Below, one piece after another: positions 12,101-22,051 of a stretch of 64,000 nucleotides of DNA (within the stretch, counting starts at the first letter, position 1; each line of letters starts with the position of its first letter). The notes beneath the pieces are model-generated. The model ran no database searches and was not told where the DNA came from. It saw only the letters and a program-made list of their open reading frames with translations. Where the stretch lies: the NCBI RefSeq assembly GCF_964204645.1, contig NC_134030.1:3824778-3888777 (forward strand), in the 5' to 3' direction. Origin of the DNA: Tubulanus polymorphus. Its lineage: Eukaryota; Animalia; Nemertea. Position numbers and translations under genes: made by a program.

Positions 12101-15100
12101 ACCAATGACAACGATTGATTCGTCAACAGTGAGATTCATGATATTCCCCATCGTTTCATTTACTACCAGGTTCAAGTACATCTTCCAATCAAACTGGAAT
12201 TGGAACAATTCGAAATTATTTCTGAACTTTCAAAATTTTATTTCGATGATAATGCATAAAATGATAAACTGACCCAGGTTCCAGTCCGCATTTGTAATTC
12301 TCCGACGCTTATGCTCAGGAAAGAATCGTAAATATAACTGCGAACTGGTGCTTTAGTCTGCAAATACAGGTTGTTATTTGTAACTAATCACAATATCATC
12401 TATATGTACGAGTAAAGATATAATTCCTTATATCATCATTACAGTGGTTGTAAGTAAATCTCTGGTGCAGATAGATCAAACGCCCACGATCTTACTCGCC
12501 AAAGCCGGAAATACATCAAATTGTGGCTAGATAGATACAGGAATGAAATGGCTGTTACTAATGCGTTATTCGATTGAAATTGATGCCTGTACAGATGTCC
12601 CAATTGATATATAATGATTTAAAAGTTTAGCCTTGATTGATTGGCATCACTGAAGGCCTTGTAATCTACTAACGATGTCCATGAGAATGAGAGTTTCAGT
12701 AAAGGTGTCTGTTTGATGCATACCTTAGCGACCTTCGCTTCAAACTCAATCATATCATCAACGTCCGCCGAAACCTGGGCCTCATCGACTTTACCAGCCC
12801 CCAAAATCACTGCAACTTCGGTCATGTAGTTCCGGTAAGCGTCGACTTTCTTTTTCTTCAAAAAAGCGTGATGCGGCAGGCCAAGTCTGTGATGCGCTAA
12901 CTACACATAACAAACAAAAAGGAAGGAAACACGGTAGATATTATACGTAGAAACGATTATACGTGGAATTGACTTATTTCCATCAAGATTTGGAAGTCTA
13001 CGAACCCTTAGCACGTTTTGCTTAGTATTTCCGTGGTTAGTACTAACAAACGGCTGAAGGAGAGCGTTGGTGGCATGCGCTGCTAATCGCGACATCATTT
13101 TCACCAGGTTGAATGAGTTGATATCCCAGTCTTTACCGACTAACAATGGCCATCCACCGAGCGATTTCACAAAATCCAATATCGGTGACAAGCCGCGCAG
13201 CTCAATAGTATCTTCATTAGTGCAAAAGATATATATGTGTGAATTATTTTAGAAGTCGTCCAACATAAAAACTGTTTCAATAAAAAAAGTTGAGATGTGT
13301 TTATGTGTAACTAACTCACCACGATTCATACACGATGCGTACAATTCTTTAACCATTTTGACGGCCGCGGAATCATTTAACGATAGGGGTTCAGATAGTT
13401 CATCTACAAGTTATAGAAATGTCGAATTATATCCGTGCTCGATATCAACCACGGGTAGATTACGTATGGAATTACACGAACAAATGTGCGCCAGGAATTT
13501 TCGAACCTCGAAGTGTCTGCCCGATTCTAACGCGCTCTAACACTAATGGCGATATTTGGTTCACTCCGTCGGTAATGGGATTCTCGGTCCAGTTACCACA
13601 AGCATATTCGTAAAAGTCGTCGCATGGGTTTACACTTTTGTTCATCAGTTCTTGGAACGAGTTGGCTAGATTTCAAATGAAAGGGTGCATGGAGATTTAT
13701 AGTAAATCCGTTATCATTACGCCTACAAGTTATGAACAATTTTTTTTCCAGCGGGTTTCTAATCATAAAATGTGTTCAAATTTCCAATTAATTTAATGCT
13801 GGTTCAGGCTTATAGAGGATTATGATGGTATGGGCTTAGAGCAAAAACACCAAAACAAAACAAGTTAGAAATGACTGCATTCTGGAATTGATTTATAGTA
13901 GGAGAAATATCATTGTTCGCCCGTGAACACGGTGTCTTTGCACACGTACCTAGCTGAATACATTGTTCACTCGTGCAAAAAACATCCGGCATTTCTATCT
14001 GATCTTCTACAGTGGGTTCGTCTACAAAATAGAGGATTTTGCGTCGATGACAAAACGTTCTGAATTTGAATCTCTTGAAGATGGTCGTGTGTTACTGTGG
14101 GCAGTACATGTTCAGAAATGGCCTCGTGAGAGATGAGCGATCCAATCTACGCGTTAATACTCGCAGTTAAATTATCACGCTCGCGCGGTAGACAGAAAAT
14201 TGAAGATTAGCTTCTTGTAGTAAATTTTATCTGATCCGGAGCTTGTTTTGTGTTAGTGTAAGAAGAAACATATTTATCACGTGTACCATACTCCTACTAT
14301 AGACCTACCTCGAAGCGAAGGAAAAATACGATTTCAATTTGCCACTTAGCAAAAACATGTCGTTCGGATCCGTGAAAAAAATGAAAAGTCAGACCCAGTT
14401 TTTACAGTTTTCGGTTATGTTTGACTCTATTTAAGATCAGGTCCAGTTTCATGAAAAAGTTCGAAGCTTAAAAGTCAGTTAAGTTTGAACCGTCCTCATC
14501 GAAAATGTGAAATAACCAAACGTTAATATACACATCTCATTCTCGTTCCTCAAGTAAAGCCGACCTTACAAATTAATCAGCGTTTACTCAATTTCAACCG
14601 GGGTTCCAGTTTCACGAAAAAAGTTCAAGCTTAAAACGGTTACGTTTGAATTGTCGTCATTAACGATATTCGAAGTAAACAAAAGCAATTAAACCAAAAA
14701 AGTTTCCATGAAACTGAACCCAGTTTATATTATTTAGATGAGAAGTGGGCCTAAATACATATTTTCAAATTTCATGAGATGCTAATTTCAGAGAAAAACC
14801 TACATGGAAGTGACGTCATTTCGTCATCCGGTGCAGATATCTGGTCGTTGATTGGCTGTTGGCTTGAACAGACGACGAAATCGTTGCCATGCGACGATGA
14901 CGCCACGACGCAGTTATCCGCCGTCGAGGCATTGTATCCTAATTCCACACGCGATTTGGATTCGTTTTCTAAGGATGCAATTGTAGCACCTTCCCGCGAT
15001 TCATTATCGCTACTGTCCGTAAATGACCGGTAATTTTGATCACTACCGCTGCCATTTTCCAACGCTAAATCATCGCCAATCCCGTGCGAGGTAAAATCTT

Positions 15101-15353
15101 CCGTTATGTGCCTTTGTTTATTGAATATAGTATCCGTTGACTGCACGGTCTCTGAACTCGCGTTAATACGGCTTCGATTTCGGAATTCTTCTCTACTAAC
15201 CGATGTATTTTTATCCGCGTCTCGCGGAAGGACGCCGTCTCTCGCGTCGTGCTTTCCTTTTGAATGTCGTATTACGTAACATTGCGCGAGGAAAACATAA
15301 AAACTACTAAGCAATATCAACGCTAGAAACGTGTGTTTACTGGTTCCAGCCAT
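9128..15353 (-). CDS. Neprilysin-like M13 zinc metallopeptidase with N-terminal signal peptide (21 coding exons)
   Basis: Exons 15353-14804, 14021-13950, 13665-13507, 13403-13320, 13211-13006, 12900-12724, 12357-12274, 12193-12051, 11967-11868, 11769-11641, 11518-11420, 11331-11254, 11125-11022, 10838-10777, 10673-10625, 10304-10237, 10102-9975, 9893-9828, 9719-9624, 9395-9319 and 9227-9128 splice in frame. Motifs: [30 protein letters not shown] (HExxH), [16 protein letters not shown] and C-terminal [18 protein letters not shown]. Confidence 0.95.
9502..9614. mobile_element. Short MITE family A copy (neprilysin intron)
   Basis: GGACCCAGCTCCACAG ... CTGTGGAAATGCACCC, with internal GAGTTA/TAACTC inverted motifs. 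Confidence 0.65.
14600..14721. mobile_element. Short MITE family B copy; a related partial copy lies at ~14438-14510
   Basis: GGGTTCCAGTTTCACGAAA ... TTTCCATGAAACTGAACCC inverted termini. CCAGTTTCATGAAAAAGTTCGAAGCTTAAAA recurs near 14443. Confidence 0.55.
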
Positions 15354-16073
15354 AATTCCTATATAGAGTTCTGTATACTATTTACCGTGTGTCGGTTGAG
15401 CAGATTTTACATTTAATCTTGTGTGTACTTGAAAATGAGCGTTAGGTCTATGGTACAATTTTATCTGCATCGTAAAATCAGGCTAGTACACGATGTCGAA
15501 GAGAAGATACGTAGCGTGTATTTTCCACGAATTCGTATTTTTATGAAGTGTTGAACTCGTCTATATAAACCTTCTAAATGTGCTTTCCTCGTCATTTCTT
15601 GGCAGGAGAAATTTCAAAGAAACCATCGAAGAAACCTTAAAATCTAACGTGTCATTTAGATTCATTAGATGTCATGGAGATTCGTATATCCAACGTAAAC
15701 ATTAATTGAATTTGGCCGCTAACGTCTAAACGAGCATAAATAGAATATTCCTTTAACTTTAAAATGTCGTTTCTGAGGCGTTTCATCTTATTTTGATGGT
15801 TGGATATTCTGTACGATTTCAACCACGCTGAAATATCTTATCGAAATTTGAAACAACACCTATCAGGGCTATTACGGCTGACTGTGTGCATGGTGTCAAA
15901 TCAAACATGATACGATGGATGCCATGGGATATGACTCTTTGGCTTGAAAATGACATCTAAGGTGTGTTCCTCGACTCCCTGGTGCGTAGGTTGCTACGCG
16001 AATACTTGGTCAAACGCGCATTATGAGACGACGTTGGCAGTTTATTTGAATCTATTCATATCGCTCACAGACG

Positions 16074-17099
16074 ATGCAACCGGCGATGTCTGATATCTCG
16101 ACGACCGCGGATGGTGTTGTTGAAAATTTTACAAACTCGAGTCAATTTAGCGGGTTAAAAGAAGTGATTGAATTCGACGTCGTTCGTAATGTATTTTACC
16201 CGTGTCGCGACATAGCTTTGTTTTTTCTAGTGTTTAGCGGCAACGCTTTGGTTTTACTGTCCATTCTTAAAACCCGAAATCTACAAACATGTACGAACTA
16301 CATGTTAGCGAGTTTATCGTGTGCCGACATGCTCGTATCGATTTGTTCGTTGTTGAATTTCTTTAAGTGGATTCACCGGTTCAACTGGCTCCAACTATCG
16401 GTGAATTACTGTATAGTAGCGATGTTTTTATACGTCGTTAGTCTGACTTCGTCGATGTATCATTTGATAGCAATATCGTTCGATCGGTTTTTAAGTACGA
16501 GATGGCCGATCAAATATAGAACGTGTAGAACAACCAGTCATACGGTCGTCATCGTTTGCGTTATTTGGTTTTTGAGCGTTGCCACCGCGATGCCGACAAT
16601 TTTCGTTACAAACACTACAAATTGTTCGTTCGAGACGTTCTTTAGAAAGGCGCACGTTTTGATGCTGGGATGTATAATGTTGTCAGCGGATTTCATCATC
16701 GTATTCGTCTATGGTTTGATCGGTTGCTCGAAAAGGCGCCAAAGACGTCGGGTTGCGGGAATGGTCGCCGCTGTCGACGAGACGTTTCAACAGCGACAAG
16801 AAAACAAATCTACAAAACTGCTTTTGAAAATCTCACTAGTTTTTATCGTTTGTTGGACGCCGTTAGGAGTGAGTTGTATCATGTTGAAATATACTACGGA
16901 AACATTCGAAAGTTGGTTCTATCCGATACGGGCGGTTTTCCTATTTTTGGCGGCTTCGAATTCCTTCATGAATCCGATAATCTATTGTTGGAATAGCCAG
17001 ACGTTTAGAGCGGCATTCAAAAGGTTACTGTGCGGCAGGTGCACTTGTTCCCCAAGATCGACAAACATCGTAACATTGACCAATGGGACCAGCTTTTAG
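16074..17099 (+). CDS. Class A (rhodopsin-like) GPCR, orphan, single coding exon, 341 aa
   Basis: Seven hydrophobic segments with GNALV (TM1), TNYMLASLSCADMLV (TM2), ISFDRF (DRY variant), VIWFLS (TM4), FIVCWTP (TM6) and NSFMNPIIY (TM7), followed by helix 8 FRAAFKRLLC. An acceptor-like ...TCGCTCACAG sits just before the ATG. Confidence 0.93.
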   Translation: MQPAMSDISTTADGVVENFTNSSQFSGLKEVIEFDVVRNVFYPCRDIALFFLVFSGNALVLLSILKTRNLQTCTNYMLASLSCADMLVSICSLLNFFKWIHRFNWLQLSVNYCIVAMFLYVVSLTSSMYHLIAISFDRFLSTRWPIKYRTCRTTSHTVVIVCVIWFLSVATAMPTIFVTNTTNCSFETFFRKAHVLMLGCIMLSADFIIVFVYGLIGCSKRRQRRRVAGMVAAVDETFQQRQENKSTKLLLKISLVFIVCWTPLGVSCIMLKYTTETFESWFYPIRAVFLFLAASNSFMNPIIYCWNSQTFRAAFKRLLCGRCTCSPRSTNIVTLTNGTSF

Positions 17100-17487
17100 T
17101 CGAATATCTAAGTTCAGAGACATTTTTCAATGTTTTGTCGGATTTGAAATGAAATGAAAGAGAACTGATTCCTGTTCAATTCGAGACAACGTAGATGCTT
17201 TCAAAAGCTTCTCATTGAATGACGTGGATGTTCCTGCAGGTGCGAGAGCTTGACATTAAGGTGGGCGATCTAGTCTAAAGTAATATGAGCTGCGTGTCAT
17301 ATTTACGGTGATATTGATGATATTTCGAGACAAAAAAGTCTTCGGACTACGGAACATTTGTGTTTCTGAATCATTTAAACCGTCGAATACAAAGATATTC
17401 TGATGATATAATCTCAATAGAAAGGGGAAACCAGCATAATGTATCCATTTGTTACTTTTGCAGCTTCGAGCACGTATTGTAAAAGAA

Positions 17488-17545
17488 TATATAAATAGCT
17501 AGAGTTTCATTGATATGAATTAAGTTACATCAACAAGGAAAAAAG
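17488..17545 (+). promoter_or_regulatory. TATA box, Inr-like start and non-coding exon 1 of peptide gene 1
   Basis: TATATAAATA at 17488-17497, TAAGTT about 33 bp downstream, donor AAG|GTAATT at 17545/17546, and acceptor TTCTTCCGATATGTAG|G directly before the ATG at 17842. Confidence 0.65.
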
Positions 17546-17841
17546 GTAATTTCAGCTATTTTCTATTTGCCGACGTTGTACTTTCATTCATCTGATATTA
17601 GATGTTAGATATAGTACCGTAACTATGATTTCACTGTTTATGATACAGTTGTTTATTTCGTAATTTCATTAAATGGTCGTATTCTGTAATTTCCCAATTT
17701 ACTCAGATTTTGTCACGCTATTAATCACGTTAAAAGATAGATACAGTAATATCAAAAGACTGTCAATTCAGATTGCGAGGAGCGGTCCACGAATATTGCA
17801 AGTGTTTTTTTTTTCACTTTTAACTTCTTCCGATATGTAGG

Positions 17842-18081
17842 ATGAAACTTTCAATAATCACGATGTTGTTGACCGTATTGATGGTGGCTATGGTCGTTGC
17901 TGCTATCGACACGGAAGATACAGAGAGCGATGCTCTGTTTGCCGAGTATCTTGCAGATCTGGAGGATAGTCATCAAATGGACGAAGCCCTGTTTACTTTG
18001 AGAGCGAAACGTGGCGTCAGAAGTTGGTTCAAAAACAAATGGCGGAATTTCAAAGAGAAACACATTTGTCGTCGAAGATAG
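17842..18081 (+). CDS. Secreted prepropeptide 1 (candidate cationic antimicrobial/cytolytic peptide precursor)
   Basis: Signal peptide MKLSIITMLLTVLMVAMVVAA, acidic pro-region, furin-type RAKR site, and predicted mature peptide GVRSWFKNKWRNFKEKHICRRR. Conserved paralog at 20440. Confidence 0.85.
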   Translation: MKLSIITMLLTVLMVAMVVAAIDTEDTESDALFAEYLADLEDSHQMDEALFTLRAKRGVRSWFKNKWRNFKEKHICRRR

Positions 18082-18355
18082 ATTAAAGTGATGATCGACT
18101 GGAACCGACCGTTTATTGTTGAAAGGAAACAAATGAAAACGGCCAAAATAATAATATAAATGTATCACTTGTGGCGTTCGTGTATAATTATTTCAGTTCT
18201 TTTAGTTTGGGTTCGCTGTAAATCCGTTCATCGTTTGATTTTTAAATGCCCCAAGTTTAAAGTTAAGTCGCAGATTTTAATCGACGATTTCAAAGTAAAT
18301 TAACGTGAAAGACGGAACATGAAAAATGCCCGGTAACGATATCGAGCTTTATTAA

Positions 18356-18425
18356 TTATACAGGCGGATTTCCGAGGAAAACGATATTGAGAAAGAATTC
18401 GATTGATTTGTAAATCACGTATTCT
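18356..18425 (-). pseudogene. Duplicated 3' fragment of the KASH-like gene (last ~23 codons)
   Basis: Near-identical to 20867-20936. Encodes ..IEFFLNIVFLGNPPV* with no upstream ORF. Confidence 0.85.
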
Positions 18426-18836
18426 TAGAGAGTTTGAGACATTTCAACAAGTTCAGAGACATTTTTCAATGTTTTGTCGGATTTAGAATGAAATGAAAAA
18501 GAATTGATTCCTGTTCAATTCGAGACAACGTAGATGCTTTTAAAAGCTTCTCATTGAATGACGTGAATGTTCCTGCAGGTGCGAGAGCTTGACATTAAGG
18601 TGGGCGATCTAGTCTAAAGCACCATAAGCTGCGTGTCATGTTTTACGGTGAAATTGACGATATTGCGAGACATTAAATCTTCAGACTATGGAACATCTGT
18701 GTTATTGAATCCTTTAAACTAATTACATAATCTCAATAGAAAGGCGAAACCGGAATAATTTTCCCATTTGTTGCTTTACCGGCTTCGACCACGTACTGTA
18801 AATGAACTAGGGTTTAATTGATCTTAGGTAAGTTAC

Positions 18837-20144
18837 GAATGTAGGTATAAATCTCCCCGGTAAAATTTCCGGGTGGTTAAAACCCCTCAGGTAAAAATCC
18901 CCCCGGTAAAAATCCCCCCTCTTAGTTCTGTTTTCGGTCAAACTTAAATATAAAACCTAAAAGAAAACAGATAATACTTTTTACAGTAATACTTGGGTAC
19001 AAAGATATTTTACAATTACTTTTAAACAAGATTTCTGTATAGAAATTTTCAAAACTACGATAATGTGATATTTTATGTATGTTGCTAGCTAAAAGTCACA
19101 GAATAATGTCATTTCTATGCACGTAGCTATGGAATACCTCAAGGGCCATACGACTTACGATTTACGTTTTACGAGTTACGATTTACGTTTTACCAGTTAC
19201 TAATACATTTCCTACAATACGTTACGACTTACGATTTACGACTTACGTTTTACGAATTACACGTTTTTCACTAACTGGCTTCGGATATCCGAAGCGCATA
19301 ATTCAAAGAACGGGTTTCAAAATGAAGTCGAATTGTCATTTCAAACAGCATAATAAGAGTAACTTATTGTACATAGTGAATCAATCTCGACTGCAGTGGT
19401 CTATTACAGGGCAGAAAATCTGCGCGTTGGCCATCTGGTGCGAACCTTCTCAAAATCTATTAAATGCTGACAATACATTTCACACTGACTGATGACTGCC
19501 CCGTTACGTGCACGATGATTTTAATAGACGATATTTCAATAGATCTTAGCTGGAAATGATTTTGATAATTAGAACAAGATTCATCAATTTAGAAAAAATG
19601 TATTTATTTTTTGAAAACACTGGGCTGCATACAGCCATCCATCATCGTTACAGTTATTCGTCTAATAATACACCCACACAGTGAAATGCCTACCACGTGG
19701 CCACTGTCCTTGAACTCTTGCGAACCGAAACTCCAACACTTAACTCGTAAATCGTAACTCGTAATTCGTAAAACGTAAGTCGTAAAACGTAAGTCGTAAC
19801 GTATTGTAGGAAATGTATTAGTAACTCGTAAAACGTAACTCGTAAGTCGTAAAACGTAACTCGTAAGTCGTATGGCCCTTGAGGTATTCCATACGTAGCT
19901 TTTGGTAAAAGTCATAGATTATCCAAGGGAAATATTGTGAAAAACACCACGGAGACACCGCGGAAAATTTGAAATCTTTGAAATCTATCTAACTTTTTCA
20001 ACATAAGAATATTGAAGTATTTTATTGAATTTTGCTGTGAAATCAAATTTGGAGGGATTTTTACCAGGAGGATTTTCACCGAGGAGGGATTTTTTTACCG
20101 CGGGGGGGGGGGGTATTTACCGGGGGTATTATTTACCTGGTACT
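18837..20144. mobile_element. Non-autonomous Mutator-like DNA transposon with 9-bp TSD
   Basis: TSD GTAAGTTAC at 18828-18836 and 20145-20153; the empty site is visible in unit 1 (TAAGTTAC at 17521). Ends carry inverted arrays of GGTAAAAATCCCCC / GGGATTTTTTACC. Confidence 0.8.
19129..19892. mobile_element. Nested foldback/MITE with long TIRs built of 7-bp repeats, 8-bp TSD
   Basis: Begins ATGGAATACCTCAAGGGCCATACGACTTACGA and ends TCGTAAGTCGTATGGCCCTTGAGGTATTCCAT. TIRs are ~130 bp of (TTACGnn)n. TSD ACGTAGCT at 19121-19128 and 19893-19900. Confidence 0.88.
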
Positions 20145-20439
20145 GTAAGTTACATCACCAAGGAAGAAGGTAATTCAGCTATATACTGTCATTCATCTGG
20201 TATTAGATTTTTAGATATAGTACCGTTACTATGATTTCACTGTTTTACTATTTTTCGGAATTTCAATATAAAATTGTATTCTATAATTTCCCAATCACTC
20301 AGATTTGATCTAACTATTCATCATGTTAAAAGATTGTAGACACAGTTATCAAAAGACTGTCGACTGTCAGATTGCGAGGAGCGGTCCACGAATATTGCAA
20401 GTGTTTTCATTTAATTTTTAACTTCTACCGACACGTAGG

Positions 20440-20664
20440 ATGAAAATTTCAATTATCACGATGTTGTTGATCGTATTGATGGTGGCTGTGGTCGTTGCTA
20501 CTATGGACGCGGAAGATGCAGAGAGCGATGCTCTGTTTGCCGAGTCTCTTGCAGATCTGGAGAAAAGATATCAAATGGACGAAGCCCTGTTTACTTTGAG
20601 AGCGAAACGTGGCATCATAAGTTGGGCCAAAAACAAATGGAGGAATGAAACACAGTCAGGATAG
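20440..20664 (+). CDS. Secreted prepropeptide 2 (paralog of 17842-18081; possibly decaying)
   Basis: Same signal/acidic pro/RAKR layout. Predicted mature peptide GIISWAKNKWRNETQSG. Donor 20169/20170 and acceptor 20438 are conserved with copy 1. Confidence 0.75.
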   Translation: MKISIITMLLIVLMVAVVVATMDAEDAESDALFAESLADLEKRYQMDEALFTLRAKRGIISWAKNKWRNETQSG

Positions 20665-20866
20665 ATTAAAGTGATAATGTAAATAATGATAATAAGTTCA
20701 TGTGTAATTATTTCAGTTCTTTTAGTTTGGGTTCGCTACAAATCCGTTCGATTGTTTGATTTAGAAATGCCTCAAGTTCAAAGTAAAGCCGACGATTTTA
20801 AAGTAAATTAACGTGAATCACGGAATACATGAAAAACGCCCCGGTAACGATATCGAGCTTTATTGA

Positions 20867-22051
20867 TTATACAGGCGGATTTCCGAGGAAAACGATATTG
20901 AGAAAGAATTCGATTAATTTGTAAATCGCGTATTCTAACATAGTTTGTTTCGGTGGTTCACCGTCGCGGTAGTAAACAACCCCAGCGGTTATTAACAACA
21001 CTACCAGTACATTCAGTAAAACAAGCCCTGAAATAACGTGTCGATAAATGCTGGACGGCCGATTCAGATGCTCCTCGTTGCTATGTTCGGCGAACGGCTC
21101 CCTAACCTCCTGCTCCTTCTCTACTTCCTCCTCCATCTCCTCCTCATCTGTTCGTTCATTCAGGTTCTCATCGCTTGCTTGGTTTACTGCATCTCTAGTA
21201 GGCTTTTCGTCGTTGAAATGTACACTGCGTACGTTTGTTTCGCCAGCAAGGTAAGATATATCAATTTGCTCTTCGGCAGGATTTTCGTTTGCATCTTGAA
21301 TAGTCGAATTTTCTGATGGGTCGATATTCTGCTGTATATTATCGAGGTCAAGGTTTGTTCGGTCGTTTTCTTCATCGAGTATGTTATCTCCTATATCTTG
21401 CACGTTGAGCGCCGTCTCTTCAAAGTCAGTCTGCGATTCACCAACATTGACGTCCAGACGGGATAGTAGATGTACGCTCTTTTTCAATTCGGTCACCGAT
21501 TGTTTCAAAGATCTCAGCGTCGAAACCATATTTTTCAGATCTCCCCACATAACCGAATCGGTCGGGAGTAATCGGGCACGATCCTCGCTTGGTGCCGAGT
21601 CGTCATTTTTAGAACGAAGCGATTCGATCGTGCTGTAACTGGGTAACTTCAAATGATCATCAAACGCCCACATTTGCTGTTGTGAACAGAACGCGTGCTC
21701 TTTAGCCACTGCTAGTTCACTGACGGCTGCTTTCAATGGTTTTACCATTTTAATAACTTGAAGCATGTCTTTGTGAATATTACATAATAACAACGATACC
21801 TTGGCTTCTGGATAAATCTTTTGCACCACGTCGATAACATGCTCGATTTTCCAACACATCCTTTCCACGTGTTCGAACATCGCCGTTTCGTGTTCGTCGA
21901 CCTTTCCTTCTAAAACCTTCAGCTTCCGTTTGTTACTATTAGCAGAGCTTTGAAGTAAGTCCTGCAAAACCATCGACGAATCGGCGAGATCGTCCTCGGA
22001 AAAATGAGTCCGATGCAGCCTGGCTGTGTTCGTATTACTTTCCGTCTCCAT
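20867..22051 (-). CDS. Intronless coiled-coil tail-anchored membrane protein with KASH-like C-terminus (LRMP/KASH5-like), 394 aa
   Basis: Helical N-terminal half, acidic linker, single TM (VISGLVLLNVLVVLLITAGVVYY), then a ~33-aa tail ending FLGNPPV*, resembling the KASH PPPX terminus. The ORF is solid; the family call is by recalled similarity only. Confidence 0.72.
   Translation of the reverse strand: METESNTNTARLHRTHFSEDDLADSSMVLQDLLQSSANSNKRKLKVLEGKVDEHETAMFEHVERMCWKIEHVIDVVQKIYPEAKVSLLLCNIHKDMLQVIKMVKPLKAAVSELAVAKEHAFCSQQQMWAFDDHLKLPSYSTIESLRSKNDDSAPSEDRARLLPTDSVMWGDLKNMVSTLRSLKQSVTELKKSVHLLSRLDVNVGESQTDFEETALNVQDIGDNILDEENDRTNLDLDNIQQNIDPSENSTIQDANENPAEEQIDISYLAGETNVRSVHFNDEKPTRDAVNQASDENLNERTDEEEMEEEVEKEQEVREPFAEHSNEEHLNRPSSIYRHVISGLVLLNVLVVLLITAGVVYYRDGEPPKQTMLEYAIYKLIEFFLNIVFLGNPPV

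Larger units (their letters stand above)
17111..20937. repeat. Tandem segmental duplication: unit 1 ~17111-18425, unit 2 ~18450-20937 (expanded by a 1.3-kb insertion)
   Basis: Both units begin AGTTCAGAGACATTTTTCAATGTTTTGTCGGATTT and stay colinear through promoter, intron, peptide ORF and 3' flank. Both end with ...TTATACAGGCGGATTTCCGAGGAAAACGATATTGAGAAAGAATTCG...GTATTCT. Confidence 0.95.

Noticed and set aside
19140-19880. Regular TTACG-based repeats and the 103-aa ORF 19604-19915 as a CRISPR array or repeat protein
   Set aside because: The units are 7 bp with no spacers and form the inverted arms of a TSD-flanked foldback element. The ORF is a by-product of the repeat.
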